DNA of 64,000 nt from Octopus vulgaris (Eukaryota). The stretch covers positions 164,176,001 to 164,240,000 of the forward strand of contig OX597817.1 of assembly GCA_951406725.2 (NCBI GenBank), read 5' to 3'. Each line of letters opens with the position of its first letter. Positions within the stretch are counted from its first letter, which is position 1. This document shows positions 13,560 through 27,405 of this stretch, piece after piece. The translations under genes were made by a program, and so were the position numbers. The notes beneath the pieces were generated by a model. It was given only the letters and a program-made list of their open reading frames with translations. It made no database searches and was not told the origin of the DNA.

Positions 13560-14100
13560 GTTTCTTTATGTGCAAAGACTATTCTATGAACAGTGAAATC
13601 CAGTTCTATGAACATTTGTCGCGAGATTAAACCACTGGAGTCTGATTCTGATCGTTTCATGCTATAATGTCTTAACAGTTCTATGTTTCAAAATGATCGC
13701 CAGTTCATGCATTGAACTCACCAAGCATTATTATCAGAATTTTCCGAATATCCTTTAGTTGTTCGTGAAGCAGATTTTTATCTTTATCAGAACCAAATAT
13801 TGCTAGTGCATTGGCACAAATGAACATCATCGAGTGATTACAAAGTAGAGGCGTGGATACAGACGTACGTCTACTAGTTAAGCCAGAGAGTAGTCCAGTA
13901 AGTCATGGTTCAAATGTTGATTTAGTCAACAATACCTGCTCCAGGCACCTTCCTTTAATTATCATCTCTTCCACACAAAAAAAATATGCTACTATCGTTT
14001 ATTTTAGCATGTTGACGCTCACCTCGCCAGCGAAACTTGTCTCAGAGTAGTATCTTCCCCGTACATACCAAGATCTATAACAAGTAAAACACTGCTTTTC
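13560..14100 (-). mobile_element. Old LINE apurinic-endonuclease remnant
   Basis: Minus strand ..KILIIMLGEFNA*TG resembles the APE LGDFNARTG motif; heavily decayed. Confidence 0.5.
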
Positions 14101-14500
14101 TCTCGAAGGCATTTCATTATCAGTCAAGGTTACATTTCCAACAACCAACCAGAACGTTAGATAGGTGCTTTTGGGCAGTTCTTTGATTACAACCTGGGCC
14201 CTGTGTCTTTCCTTGGAACCACTTTTCAGGTCAAATATGAGCTCAAGTTTCGCTAGCTAGTTTTGCCCTTTACATTATTTTCAGAGATAAACATTTTATA
14301 AAGTTGATAGTGTGTGTGTGTGTGTGTGTGGACTCAACCATGTTCTAAAATAAGTCGAAAGGTAAGCTACTATAAATCGGCACGATCTTTCCGGACAACC
14401 CAATAATTAACAAGTGCACAATTGTATCATTACTTATGCTGAATAATTGCCTTTTAAATCCTATATGATTTTTCCTTTATAAAAGAAAAAAAAAGAACGC

Positions 14501-14574
14501 TGCCCCAAGTGAGATTCGAACTCACGACCCCTGGTTTACGAGACCAGTGCTCTAAACCTCTGAGCTATTGGGGC
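14501..14574 (-). tRNA. tRNA-Thr (anticodon CGT), copy 1
   Basis: GCCCCAATAGCTCAGAGGTTTAGAGCACTGGTCTCGTAAACCAGGGGTCGTGAGTTCGAATCTCACTTGGGGCA: 7-bp acceptor stem, CTGGT/ACCAG anticodon stem, TTCGAAT T-loop, downstream oligo-T terminator. Confidence 0.95.
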
Positions 14575-14983
14575 ACGCGATACTGAGACGCCACAGAAAC
14601 GATCCATATACAAAAGTTATGTATATGTAGCCACTAATGAAGACATTGTTAACGTTTTAACCAGACTTTTATAAGACATTCAGTGACTGCCTCAGCTATG
14701 AAAGACATTATATTTGCAAATCACTGCTGCTGCAGATTGTGGTGGTGTTGGTGTTGATGTTTGACTCCAAGTCAACTCTGGTCAAGTAGAACTATGATTA
14801 GGGCACTTCCAGAATCGACCAACCTGTTTCTTACTTTATCTTCTTTTTGGTGGTGGGGATAAGGGGGGGCAGGATAATCATTGAGTTTAAGACATTACTT
14901 TCACTTTCGCTTAGTACTTATTTTATTTGGTGACTGCTGAATAGATTTTTTTCCTGAAGTTATGGATATTCTTAACTCAAGAG

Positions 14984-15099
<116 letters not shown>

Positions 15100-15169
15100 G
15101 AGAGAGAGTGCGTATACACGTATGCACACACTCACACACATATATATGTATATATGTATGTGTGTGTGT

Positions 15170-15660
15170 GTGTCTAAATGGCATAGTCAGAAAACTTGGA
15201 GAATGGTTATACGAATTTCTAAAAGGAATAAGTCAGGTAATGGTAGCCAATAGAGCCACCTCCAAGGAATCGCAGACACTGGAATGGTGTTCCACAGGGC
15301 ACTGACTTGAGGCCACTGCTATTCATTGTGACCGTCTCAGACATCCTCAATTGCTCAGATAGCTACCCTTGCTAGCTATACAGGTGACACAAAAGTCTTT
15401 CAAAGGAAACAGAACCCTGGAAATATTGTGCGCCTGCCACAGGAGTTGGTGGGCTGAGAACAACCACATGCAGTTTAATGCTGGAAAATTCCAAGCCCCG
15501 GGCTACCAGCGCATAGGTCTGAATGAAATGCAGTTAGGATACATTAGGGCAGACAGGATTCGAAACCCTGAATCAAAATCAGTGCGTGACCTGAGCATTG
15601 ACATGAGTAATGATGCATCTTTTCGGGTGCATATTACTAATTTGGCAGTAAAATGGTAAT
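15170..15660 (+). mobile_element. CR1-group LINE RT fragment
   Basis: W.YEFL..., GVPQG..L.PLLF and WAENNHMQFNAGKFQ motifs with frameshifts. Confidence 0.75.
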
Positions 15661-16084
15661 ATGATTAACAAATGGTTTCAGATCAAAAATTACACAGGCT
15701 TCAACAACAAGGGTTTATTTGGATCTGTTGCCACCATGCCTAAAGAACACAAGTTTCCTCAATACGAAAGTGATTTTCGCGGTGACTGTAGCAATAAGCT
15801 CCTTAAAAATATCGTACTTGACTTCAGTTAATGAAATGATGAAGTTGTTATTACATTAGTTTGATACCGTGCGGGTTCGATCCGACTCACTACGCTCTCG
15901 GCTCAAATACTACCGAATTTAACTTTGCCTTTAACTCTTTTACAGTCAATCAATAATGCACCTGTCCAGGGAAATAGATAAGCAAAATAATTAACAAGTG
16001 CATCGTAGTATCATTACTTATGCTTACTAATCTTCTCTTTAAAACCTATATGCTTATTTCTTAAAAAAAAATAAACATACGCGC

Positions 16085-16158
16085 TGCCCCAAGTGAGATT
16101 CGAACTCACGACCCCTGGTTTACGAGACCAGTGCTCTAAACCTCTGAGCTATTGGGGC
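16085..16158 (-). tRNA. tRNA-Thr (anticodon CGT), copy 2
   Basis: Identical to copy 1, with homologous flanks and an oligo-T terminator. Confidence 0.95.
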
Positions 16159-16778
16159 ACACTCTCCTGAGAAGCCACAGAAACAATCCATATACATTAT
16201 GTATGATTTAGCCACTAATGGAGATATTGTTAACGTGTCAGATGTCCTAGTTAAAACCAGACTTTACAACGTGACATTCAGTCACTGCGTCAGCTGTGAA
16301 GGACATTATGTCTGCAAAGCACTGCCGCCGCTGCTGGTTGTGGTAGCGTTGGTGTTGCTGTTCGACTCCAGGTCAACTCTGATCAAGCAGAACTGTATAA
16401 TTAGGGGCCTTCAGAAAATCCACCAACCTGCGTTTATTTTTATTTTATTATTTTATTATTTATTTATTTATTACTTTGGTGGAGGTGAGGTGGAGGTGAT
16501 GAAGTGGGGATGATGAGGTGGGGGAGGTGAGGCGAGGAGTGATAAGGTGAGGGGTGATGTGGAGGGGTGATGGAGTGAGGGTTGATGAGGTGAGGGGTGA
16601 GGGGTGATTGGGGGAGGGATGATTGAGGGGCGGCGGGGAAGTGGGGACCACGGCAGTTATTGAGTTTAGGATATCACTTTCACTTATGATCAATCAGAAC
16701 TCACAATCATTTTATTTGGTAACTGCTAATAACTTGTTTTTTCCCCTCTGAAGTCGTGGATATTCTTAACTCAAGAAT

Positions 16779-16828
<50 letters not shown>

Positions 16829-17107
16829 GGCGGGCGTGTATGTGTGTGCGATCGAGCACGTATATATTCATAAATATATATACATACAAATATATATGTA
16901 TGTATGTGTGTATGTGTGTATACATATATATATACATATAATGTGGGTATGTGTATATATATGTATGTGTGTGTATCTATACATATAATATGTGTGTGTG
17001 TGTATATATGTGTGTGTGTGTGTGTGTGCGCGTGTGTATGTATATAGCTATATATTAATATATATATATATATATACATATATGTGTGTGTGTACAAATA
17101 TTTGCTT

Positions 17108-18436
17108 GTATGTATGTACGTACGTATGTATGTATGTATGTATGTATGTATGTATGTATGTATGTATGTATGTATGTATGTATGTATGTATGTATGTATG
17201 TATGTATGTATGTATGTTTGTATGTATGTTTGTATGTATGTTTGTATGTATGTATGTATGTATGTTTGTATGTATGTATGTATGTATGTATGTATGTATG
17301 TATGTATGTATGTATGTATGTATGTGTATGTATGTTTGTATGTATGTTTGTATGTATGTATGTATGTATGTTTGTATGTATGTTTGTATGTATGTATGTA
17401 TGTATGTATGTATGTATGTATGTATGTATGTATGTATGTATGTTTGTATGTATGTTTGTATGTATGTATGTATGTATGTACGTACGTACGTACGTATGTA
17501 TGTATGTATGTATGTATGTATGTATGTATGTATGTTTGTATGTATGTATGTATGTATGTATGTATGTATGTACGTACGTACATACGTACGTACGTATGTA
17601 TGTATGTATGTATGTATGTATGTATGTATGTATGTATGTATGTTTGTATGTATGTTTGTATGTATGTATGTATGTTTGTATGTATGTTTGTATGTATGTA
17701 TGTATGTATGTATGTATGTATGTATGTATGTATGTATGTATGTATGTATGTATGTATGTATGTATGTATGTATGTATGTATGTATGTATGTATGTATGTA
17801 TGTATGTATGTATGTATGTATGTATGTATGTATGTATGTATGTATGTATGTATGTATGTATGTATGTATGTATGTATGTATGTATGTATGTATGTATGTA
17901 TGTATGTATGTGTGTATGTATGTATGTATGTATGTATGTATGTATGTATGTATGTACGTACGTATGTATGTATGTATGTATGTATGTATGTATGTATGTA
18001 TGTATGTATGTATGTATGTATGTATGTATGTATGTATGTATGTATGTGTGCATGTATGTATGTATGTATGTATGTATATATGTATGTATGTATGTATGTA
18101 CGTACGTACGTATGTATGTATGTATGTATGTATGTACGTACGTACGTATGTATGTATGTATGTGTGTATGTATGTATGTATGTATGTATGTATGTATGTA
18201 TGTATGTATGTATGTATGTATGTATATATGTATGTATGTATGTATGTACGTACGTACGTACGTATGTATGTATGTATGTATGTACGTACATACGTATGTA
18301 TGTATGTATGTATGTATGTATGTATGTATATGTGCATGTATGTATGTATGTATGTATGTGTGTATGTATGTATGTATGTACGTACGTACGTATGTATGTA
18401 TGTATGTATGTATGTATGTATGTATGTATGTATGTA

Positions 18437-18495
<59 letters not shown>
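17108..18495. repeat. ~1.35-kb (TATG)n array with TTTG/TACG variants, ending in (GT)n
   Basis: Seen directly; source of the spurious 470-580 aa ORFs. Confidence 0.97.
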
Positions 18496-18496
<1 letters not shown>

Positions 18497-19220
18497 CATA
18501 ACAAAAACAGCAGCTGCAACTACACCAAAAAATGAACAACAGTGCAAAAAATTCAAGACTATTATAAACAAGTCAGTCATATGCACGACTTCAGGAAAAG
18601 TTATCGGCTGCTAAACAAAATTATATTAACTGCTGATTGACAAGCGAAATTAACGTCTTCAACTCAATGATCGTCGAGTGACTATACATTATTGAATATG
18701 AACTCCTTCTCCTCCTTATTTTTTCTTTACAAAAGCAGAGTGTGATCTGAGGGACATTTTGTTGCTATTTCTAATATGTTTATTCAGTATATCGCTGTTT
18801 TATTCACTTGCTGACTCAGACTCGCCCACCCACTCGACTGCGCTAAATCAATATTTTGAACTATATATATGAGAACACCATATTTTGAATTATATATACG
18901 GAAGCACCAAAGTCTTTTAAGTGCTTAGGGCCTGAATGGGTCTTAATCCGGCTCTGCTCGTGAAGTGATAGGATTGATTTAATTGACTAATCCCTACCCA
19001 AAATTTCTAACCTTGCGTATATATTAGACACAGATTAAGGGCGGTGGATTGCCAGTATCATTAGAATACCAAATAAAATACCTGGCTTGCTTACCAACCA
19101 CATGGTTTCGGGTTCAGTCTCATTGCGTGGCACCTTGGGCAAGTGTCTTCTGCTATAGTCTCGGGCCGACCAAAGCCTTGTGAGTGGATTTAGTAGACGG
19201 AAACTGAAAGAAGCCCGTTG

Positions 19221-19251
<31 letters not shown>

Positions 19252-20761
19252 ATATGTTTGAGTGTCTGTGTGTCCCCCCCCCCCAACATCGCTTGACAAC
19301 CGATACTGGTGTGTCTACGTCTCTGTGACTCAGCGGTTTGGCAAAAACAGACCGATAGAATAAGAACTAGTCTTACAAAGAATAAGTCCTTGGGTCGATT
19401 GGCTCGACTAAAGGCGGTGCTCCAGCATGGCGGCAGGCAAATGACTGAAACAAGTAAAAGAGAAATAAAAGAGAAAAGATGCATTTGGCCACGGTAAAAG
19501 TTAAGATTTCAAATCATGCCATGCTCAAGTTTACCCTTCATGCTTCAAGGAGTCAGAAAATAAAGTATTAATCAAAAACTGAGATCGATGGTATCGACCA
19601 GCTCTCACTTTCCAAAATTTCAGGCTTTGTGCCTCTGCTAGACACATTTCGGATATGGCGAGGTTGGTTAAACTGGCAGAATTACGAGAATGTCGGACAA
19701 AATACCTTGTGGATATTCGTTTTGATTTCAAACCCTATCGACGTCTACCGTAAATCCTCGAGTATAATCCGCATTTTTTCCCCAAAATTTAAAGGTCAAA
19801 ATCCCTAGTGCGTTCTATATACGAGGTTAAAAATGAAAATTATTATCTAAGCAATGTCCGAGTCTCTATTTGCTGTCCGGCAATGTTTATTCCGACGCAT
19901 TTTGTGATGCCGAGCGCGAAAATACCTTAAGCTAAGCCTGAAAGCAATGAAGTCATAAAAGAATCATCCGTAACTTGCAGTAAGCAACATTTATTAAACG
20001 TTATTACTGTTATTTCTTTATTTTCTGCACACAAAATGCACAAAAAAGCTACACGTTTGCATTATGTTATATATACAATAATAACAAAGGACGTTACTGT
20101 ATACATTTTTTACAAACCAAGGACATTATATAGACCTCCTTGACTCAAGTTAGAGAAGGGGTACGTATTATACTCAAGGTTCAGGTTTTTCAGAGGTACA
20201 GCCCCCTAAAAATCCCCTGCGTATTATACTCAACGGCGGACTATACTCAAGGATTTACGGTACTTATTCTTCTAGGATCGATAAACAAAGTACCAGAGAG
20301 AAGATCCAGCAAAACATCCACTATCCTTTTTCCTACTGCCATTAATACTGGGAAATTTCCTTTTTAAGTTTGCACAAAGCAACACTTATCGCACTGAAAG
20401 CAGGCAGTGTATCAATTTGATAATCAATTTATTAGAATTTGTTGGATGATTTAATATGTGATATTTTAAAGACCACTAATATATCCATGCTACAAATGAA
20501 GAAAGTTATTTGGATATTTAATAATGTACGTACGTACGTATGGATGTATGTATGTATGTCATTATTCAATTTTATTTCAAGTTTTCTTCTCAAAAGAGGA
20601 AGAGTTGGTTTTTAACGTGGATCCAAGGCTCTTTTATTGGAATTTCAACAACAACGGTATCTTTGTATGTACGTCCGTACGTATGTATGTATGTATGTAT
20701 GTATGTATGTATGTATGTATGTATGTATGTATGTATGTATGTATGTATGTATGTATGTATG

Positions 20762-20985
20762 TATACGTGCAGACTTGTATATTTTATTATATGTATGTTT
20801 TCTCATGCATATACTTGCATACCTAGACATACTCATATACACTTAAATGATAAACTTCTGGAAAGTTTTACAGATTTTTACAGTTCCAGTGATGGCTTGG
20901 ATCTGTAGTCTTCGAATTAGCTTTCTTCTTTCTGGTTTTGAGAAGCCTAATTTCTCAAGATTGGTATTTAAGCAGTGTGTTAAGC
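20762..20985 (-). mobile_element. R4/Dong-like retrotransposon 3' end running into (CATA)n
   Basis: Minus strand CLNTNLEKLGFSKPERRKLIRRLQIQAITGTVKICKTFQKFII* (stop 20843-20845), short 3' UTR, then (CATA)n. Confidence 0.7.
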
Positions 20986-21659
20986 ATAGCGTTATTTCGT
21001 CCGTCTTCATGTTCTGAGTTCAAATTCCATCGAGGTCGACTTTTCCTTTCATCCTTTCGGGGTCGATAAAATAAGTACCCGTTGAATACTGGGGTCGATG
21101 TAATCGACTACCCACCACCCCGAATTTGCTGACCTGGTGCCAACATTTGAAACCAATATATCCAATATGTGTGTGTGTAACTTTATTTACAGCTGCAGTA
21201 GATACCGACGTGGGGGAGATAAACTCATAAAATTGTTAACAAAGGCGTTTTTAAGTATCTTGTCAGCAGGAGAACCGCAAGATCTAAGTTATCTCATGGC
21301 AACTATTGAAAATTTAATTTGATATGCTCTTTAACCAAGATATGTTACTCAGCAGGCTTATACCAGCACGTTTTCAGCTTTGTTCTATCAGTTTTGGCAC
21401 CTCTCCTAATGGAAACAGCTATTCGCTCGATTATGTTGGCTCGGTACCTTTTAGGTTAATCACAATTTAGTTGCCTATTTGTTCGTTTGCTATGACAAAT
21501 AATCCTTATGATTTCAGTTGCTAATTCGAAGCTGTTCAATCATTTCAAACTTTCCTTGGGGTGTCATGGACCACAAAGAATTCTCAAGTCATTCTCTATC
21601 GCTTTAGAAATGAGGGTGGGTGAGGAATTGCTTAAGTACATACATCATTTCCAATTTCC

Positions 21660-22015
21660 CCAACAGCAGAACGGGGCGCCACTGCATGGTGCCAAAGATC
21701 CCAACGTCACCATCAAAATTCAGGACCAGATACTGCAACAGCTTGGGTTTCAGGGGACCACAGCTCTTCAATATCCTTCCTAAATGCCTGAGAAACCTGC
21801 ATGGTGTAGATCTGGGTTTCTGTAAAACTAAACTGGATCTCTTCTTGTCAGGGGTTCCGGATGAACCTACCTCTTGACAGGAAACACAGACGCGGGCAGC
21901 GGCGTCGAACTCCCTTGTTGATTAAGTGTCACGTATTAGAGGTGGTTTCACATACTAGTGTAGCTCATTCAACGGTGGTGCCCCAGCATGGCCGCAGCTT
22001 TCGGGCTGAAACATT
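21660..22015 (+). mobile_element. CR1-group LINE 3' end whose tail resembles the family A SINE tail
   Basis: NSLGFRGPQLFNILPKCLRNL...KTKLDLFLSGVPDEP...RAAASNSL C-terminus; tail GGTGCCCCAGCATGGCCGCAGCTTTCGGGCTGAAAC. Confidence 0.8.
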
Positions 22016-23400
22016 TTTAAGGGTTTAAGGAATTAAGAATTATAAATAAAAATGAAAAGAAAAAAGAAGTGCATTTAAACCACTAAAGGGTTATCAGTGG
22101 GATTATATACATCCGTGGTGATTGACTTAATTTGACTTTTATTATTAGCATAATAATTTGTTCTACTATAGACACAAAGCTTGTGTTGCGTTGGTTATAA
22201 GATTTGGTGTCAGTTTATATACAACATTATTGCTACGTTCTTTTGCCTTTTTTTATGAGGCTTCATGGAAATACTGAATCAATCATATATGAACATCATG
22301 TTTTACAGATGCTGGAGTTCTTCACGAATAATTGATGATTTGGCTGATCTTTCACGTTATAATGATACGTATGGCTGCGTTGATCCTTCATCCATCTCCG
22401 AGTTCGGTTAGGGAAATCGTGCCGACTTGAGTATTAAGCTGTGAAAGTAGCTATGAGGGAGGAATTAACCGGGGATCATAACGAACGAGATATCAATACC
22501 CTCTGGCTTTTCGCGCTAAAAATACCTGTTTATAAGGCTTTCGTTGAAAGAAAATGCTAGAACTATAACATGAACAATGAGTTCTAATTGGCTGAAATGA
22601 GGTCTGCTTGCATGATAAACTTGTAATTTAAATTCGATCGGAAATAGAGTTGAAGTCAACTACCATACCTGAAATTTTAGGAGAGGGGGCTAGTCAATTA
22701 CATCGACCCCAGTGCTCAACTGATAACTTATTTTATCGACTTCTCCAAAAGGATGAAAACCAAAATCGACCTCGGCGGAATTTCATGTCAGAACGTAAAG
22801 CCAGGAGAAATGCCACTAAGCATTTTGTCCCGTGTGCTAACGATTCTGCCATTTTCATTCACTTGTTTTCGAGAGCTGCTACAGCTTAATGGAAGGCACT
22901 GAAAAGTTTCTCTGAAGCCAATGCTTGGTTTAAAAAAAAAAGGTGGGTGGGGGTACTCCCATACGATTTTCATCTTAAGTGCGATTCTGAAAGATTCTAT
23001 GGAAACCTCTAGATTTCCATCTGATACTTCTGGGGTCAAATGAAACAGACCACAAATGACGCCAGAACCTGATCAGAGGACACAGAGGGTGATCACGGAT
23101 ACAGAGGGTTCTCCCCCTTATCTCTCCCTTGTCCTTTTAACCATAAAACAATGGTCAGTGTTTCCTTAATCGGATAACGCTATGCTATCACTGTTAAAAT
23201 ACTTCACCTAACTCCCTCGTCAGTATGCTGTATTACCTCAAGCAGGACTAGATTATCTCCTTCTTGAAGCAGATAATAAAAATTAATGTACTGGAAGTTA
23301 CGCGAGTGACGAATGTCCTTCAGATTATTTTCACATGACAAACTTGGCTTATCACTGCATTCCAAAATTAATAAGAAATAAGAATGACGTTCTTTTCCTT

Positions 23401-23413
23401 GTTGCCCAGCAAC
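23401..23413. promoter_or_regulatory. RFX X-box upstream of CFAP107
   Basis: GTTGCCCAGCAAC fits the X-box consensus GTYRCC-N(0-3)-RGYAAC, about 150 bp upstream of the ATG of a ciliary gene; GCAAACA forkhead-like motif at 23429-23435. Confidence 0.7.
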
Positions 23414-23554
23414 GGTTCCTAACGCTTAGCAAACACTTTACACTTAAGTCTTTTCGTAGAAAGAACGAACAAGTATTATCAGCATTTGTCAATTCCCAGA
23501 ATAAATTGCTTAATAGAAGGCTATATTTCTATACTTATAATTACCATTATTATC

Positions 23555-23788
23555 ATGGATCTAAAGTTAAAAGACAACCCTCACAATTATCAAGTCAATC
23601 GTTTGCCACCCGTGTCATCAGGTTTAACAAGGGACGTAAATGTTTGTCACCCTGGAGGCTTGTACTATCAAAGGACTATAGACCTGGGCTATATGCAGCC
23701 TCCTGGTGTTAATGACCCCAGTTGGAAGCTAGAAAAATATTTTTCTCCCATAGTGTTGACTGGAAACTGGACTGAGAATAGACTATCG
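23555..23788 (+). CDS. CFAP107: CFAP107 (C1orf158) cilia/flagella-associated protein, exon 1
   Basis: ...DPSWKLEKYFSPIVLTGNWTENRLS resembles human PSWQIETKYSTKVLTGNWMEERR; gtgagg donor, phase 0; start codon could instead be the downstream ATG at about 23693. Confidence 0.85.
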
Positions 23789-26089
23789 GTGAGGTTTGAA
23801 CTTATACACAATAGAATAAGTTATTTTTGTTTCTTTAGTTGCTTTGATGTTACATCTTTATTCTTAACACCATGTCTCCCTCGCCTAACCTTACTGAAAC
23901 ATCGTGTTTCCTTTCACACCATCCTACACTCAGTTATGAACACAACTAAATCATTTCTTTCTAATATCTATACTCTTTCTCACTTTCCATGTATCTTTAC
24001 TGCTCGACGCTTCTCCAGAATCTCATCTCTTAATGACACTCTTCTCATTCATGTTTCCCGCTGGATATCAACAGAGATTGTAAAACATCCAAATGCGAAT
24101 TTCACTTGACTGATCGTTCTTTCTTCATTATGGGATTAAAATTCAGCTCTTAAAACGTGATCTATACTGTAAAGATGGTTAGGTATTTGTTGAGTGATGC
24201 TTGGCTGCTGCGTTGAGCAATTTGAATGATTCCGTAGGAGTTTCACATGGAACTCCGTGGGTTTTGTGTTTATATAAGTTAACGTATCGTAACAAAGTCT
24301 ATTAAATTTGAGTATATTTTATGTTGTTGTTTAGCTCAGAATCAGGGCTTTCCCAATTGTGACTTCCCATTTTTTAGGAGCATCTAGGACCCACAGTATT
24401 ATAAGATATAGCCTTTTCGTTTTAAGACAGTGGCTGTATATTTAAGGGATATTTTGCCGGTATTTCTAGTTGATCGAGTAAGAGTTGTTTTCACTGGTCC
24501 ACCCAGCGTGCTTTTGCATATATGATATACTAGTACAGTCAGGGCTGGATTTATATATGAGCTATGGTTCAAGGACCTCCAAGCTTGGGTTAGGGACCTT
24601 GAACTCAGAGAAGCCTAAAGCTTGAAGTTAAAAATTAAAAAATACATTTACAGCGATCAAATAAAAATTCGTAATTTTAAAAATTTCCTATAGTGTTCTT
24701 TTCAAAATTATGGAGCCCACTTTAGATTTACTGGGCCCTTTTAAATTTAGAAAGCCATAAAATCTAGCTGAATCCCTCTAAATCTACCTTTAGGGGCGTT
24801 TCTTCAAACTGTGTGTGACACCTATCTTGTTTTTTGAATTAGCTCTTTAAAAGTAGTGCCTTTTGTTTTGTTTTTTTTAAATACTTTGACCATGTTTTCT
24901 ACTCTTATAATCAGGGGGCAATCGGGACCAATACATTATCCAAACATCAACATGTCAGAAAATGTTGGAATTTGTTAAACTTATGGAATACGCAAAAACG
25001 TTTTAGGAAAATGCAGAATTGATTGAAATTATATATGTTCTTTGTATTTAGATTATTTACAAAGTTATATTTGTTTTTACAATGCACATTCCGATTGTTT
25101 ACATCTAAACAGTTGAAAATTACATACGCAAAATCGTAAGGGCCTTCAAAACCTATTGACTCAGGGGCCCCACTTGGGCTAAATCCGGTCTTGGGTGTAG
25201 TAACATCGCACATATGTAATGCAGCGAGATGAAAAATGTTGGTCAACGGAGATTATCCAAACAATTCGTAAACAAAAACTTTTTTTAGTGGGTGGGCAGT
25301 AACGCCTCCTTGAGAACGTTATGAATTCACAAGGGGCGACAAATGTCAAGGAGATGCTGGGTGTTTAGTGAGGTTCGTGATTTTTCTTGGAAATAAAATA
25401 CTTAAACCAGATTCAATACTTGTATTTTAAACACAATTTCAAAAAAAATCTTTGGCAGATTAAAATGTGAATAGAATATAACCGACGTCTTTTTATATTT
25501 GGACATAACTATCGTACTATCGTCCTAACATAACTGACGATGTAGCAAAGTGCACTTTGGTAATAAGTCCTTGCCTTCTTTAATAATCTCCCTTAGAAAT
25601 TTAATTATGTCGGGTGGAGTGGGGTATTTATCTTTGCGAATATCTAAAGAGAGACACAGGGATACAAGTAAGAACTTGTTTGATTAGAATAATCTAAAAT
25701 ATCATTGTGAAAGAGAGTACTGGGGGATACAAAACTTTAGAACTACTGATTAAAAATTAAGCTAATGCAAACAGAGTGAAGCTTATCTTTAAAAGCAACT
25801 GTTGAAAGCAGCAGAGATGTCTGTCTTCATCTACAGTTATGCTCCTAGGACAAGGATCATAGTGTCTTCATGATATAAAAGATAAATGCCTGCAAAGTAG
25901 GGTTGGGGTTTGGGTGTAGGTAGCAAACCTGAGCACCAAACTGTAAATCCGTTAATCATTAATTAATGAAGCTAACATTTTCGTTAACAATTTAACTTTT
26001 GAGTTAACTTTGGAAATTATTATTGGACTAATTAACTTCTGTTAACTCAAGTCTGCTTGAGTTAATTTCCACTAACTCAAGTTACTACG

Positions 26090-26716
26090 ATGATCTTTAG
26101 GTTCAAGGACTTGAAATCCAAGGGCTTCGTCTACTGCAGCCCCTTGGTTGACACACTTTTGGCAAGCATTGACAAAAAGTTTAGGACCCTCCTGGAGGAT
26201 GAGGAATACCAGCTGGCTGCTGCCTTCCACCCCAGGTTTTACCTCATCTCGTTGGATAAGTATGACAACACCAAGGTTGCCAAGGTGGGGAAAAGCATGG
26301 AGGGTAAGGTCAAGGAGGCCATGAAGCAGCAGTCTGATGAAGTGAGCTGCAACAAGAAAGAGGAGGAATATGACTTCTTCGGTGGTGTCACCCAGCCTAA
26401 AGAGAGCAGTAAAAGCCACAGGACACTCAAGGACAAGGCCCAGAATTTGGTCAAGACCTGGTTGGTGACCAACTCCAAGGACTTGCTGACAGATACTGCC
26501 TTCTTGAGTGAGCAAATGTTGGTAGACTTGTTCATCATGTTCAACACAGCCATCCCCTCTAGTGCTACAGTGGAGCATTTGTTCTCTATGGGTAAGGACA
26601 TTTTGAGGGCCAAGAGATCATACCTGTCTGATGAAAACTTTGAGATGCTAATTTGCATGAAGGGCAACATGCATCTCATGAACAAAATGGAAAACAAGAA
26701 CAAGAGGAAAATTTAA
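26090..26716 (+). mobile_element. hAT transposase C-terminal remnant in CFAP107 intron 1
   Basis: AAAFHPRF and NTAIPSSATVEHLFSMGKDILRAKRSYLSDENFEML (hAT dimerisation domain); N-terminus absent. Confidence 0.88.
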
Positions 26717-27303
26717 ATTATGTATACCAGTTTGGCCAAAAGTCACCTGACGGTAAATAAAAATACTACTTAAGTCCAAGATTAAAACAAAAAATTATTT
26801 TATATGAGACTTTGCTAATAAAGAGACAAATGTTGAAAAAAAAATCAGTGATTTTAACTCACAGCATTCAATTATTAAACATTCATAAATAAAATTGAAT
26901 ATTTAGTATTTATGGAATTTTGATTTACTGTCAGGGGATTTTTGGCCAACCCTGTATATCGTATTTTTCATTTAAAAAAAAATTTTTATGGACACTTTAT
27001 CAATAAACTTTTTTAATTTAATACTAATACTGTGTTTCATTTGAGTTTGTTTTTTTTTTTTTTACTCTTTTCTGGCTCTAAAAGCCTTTAAAAACCTAAA
27101 ATATGGCCAAAACTATGAAGTCAGCCTTTTTTAGGTCTTTTAAAAGATAAAACTATAAAATCAACATTTTTTTAACTCTAAAGCAAAAAAAAAAATAACA
27201 AAAAAACTATAGTTTTGGGGTTCTAAAGACCAAACAAGGCTGATTTTATAGTTTTGACACTTTTTAAAGGTGTTTTTAGGTGGTTTTAGAGCAAAAACTG
27301 ATT

Positions 27304-27405
<102 letters not shown>

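Noticed and set aside
16771-18614. Six long ORFs of 470-580 aa
   Set aside because: They are translations of the (TATG)n array, which lacks stop codons; not genes
21288-21303. Second X-box-like palindrome GTTATCTCATGGCAAC
   Set aside because: Non-standard spacing and more than 2 kb from the CFAP107 start; not supportable
22309-22407. Exon-like segment (ttttacag...gttagg) reading CWSSSRIIDDLADLSRYNDTYGCVDPSSISEF
   Set aside because: No recognisable homology and no partner exons found
23789-24109. 3' part of the 207-aa ORF 23486-24109
   Set aside because: Read-through into intron 1 beyond the GT donor at 23789
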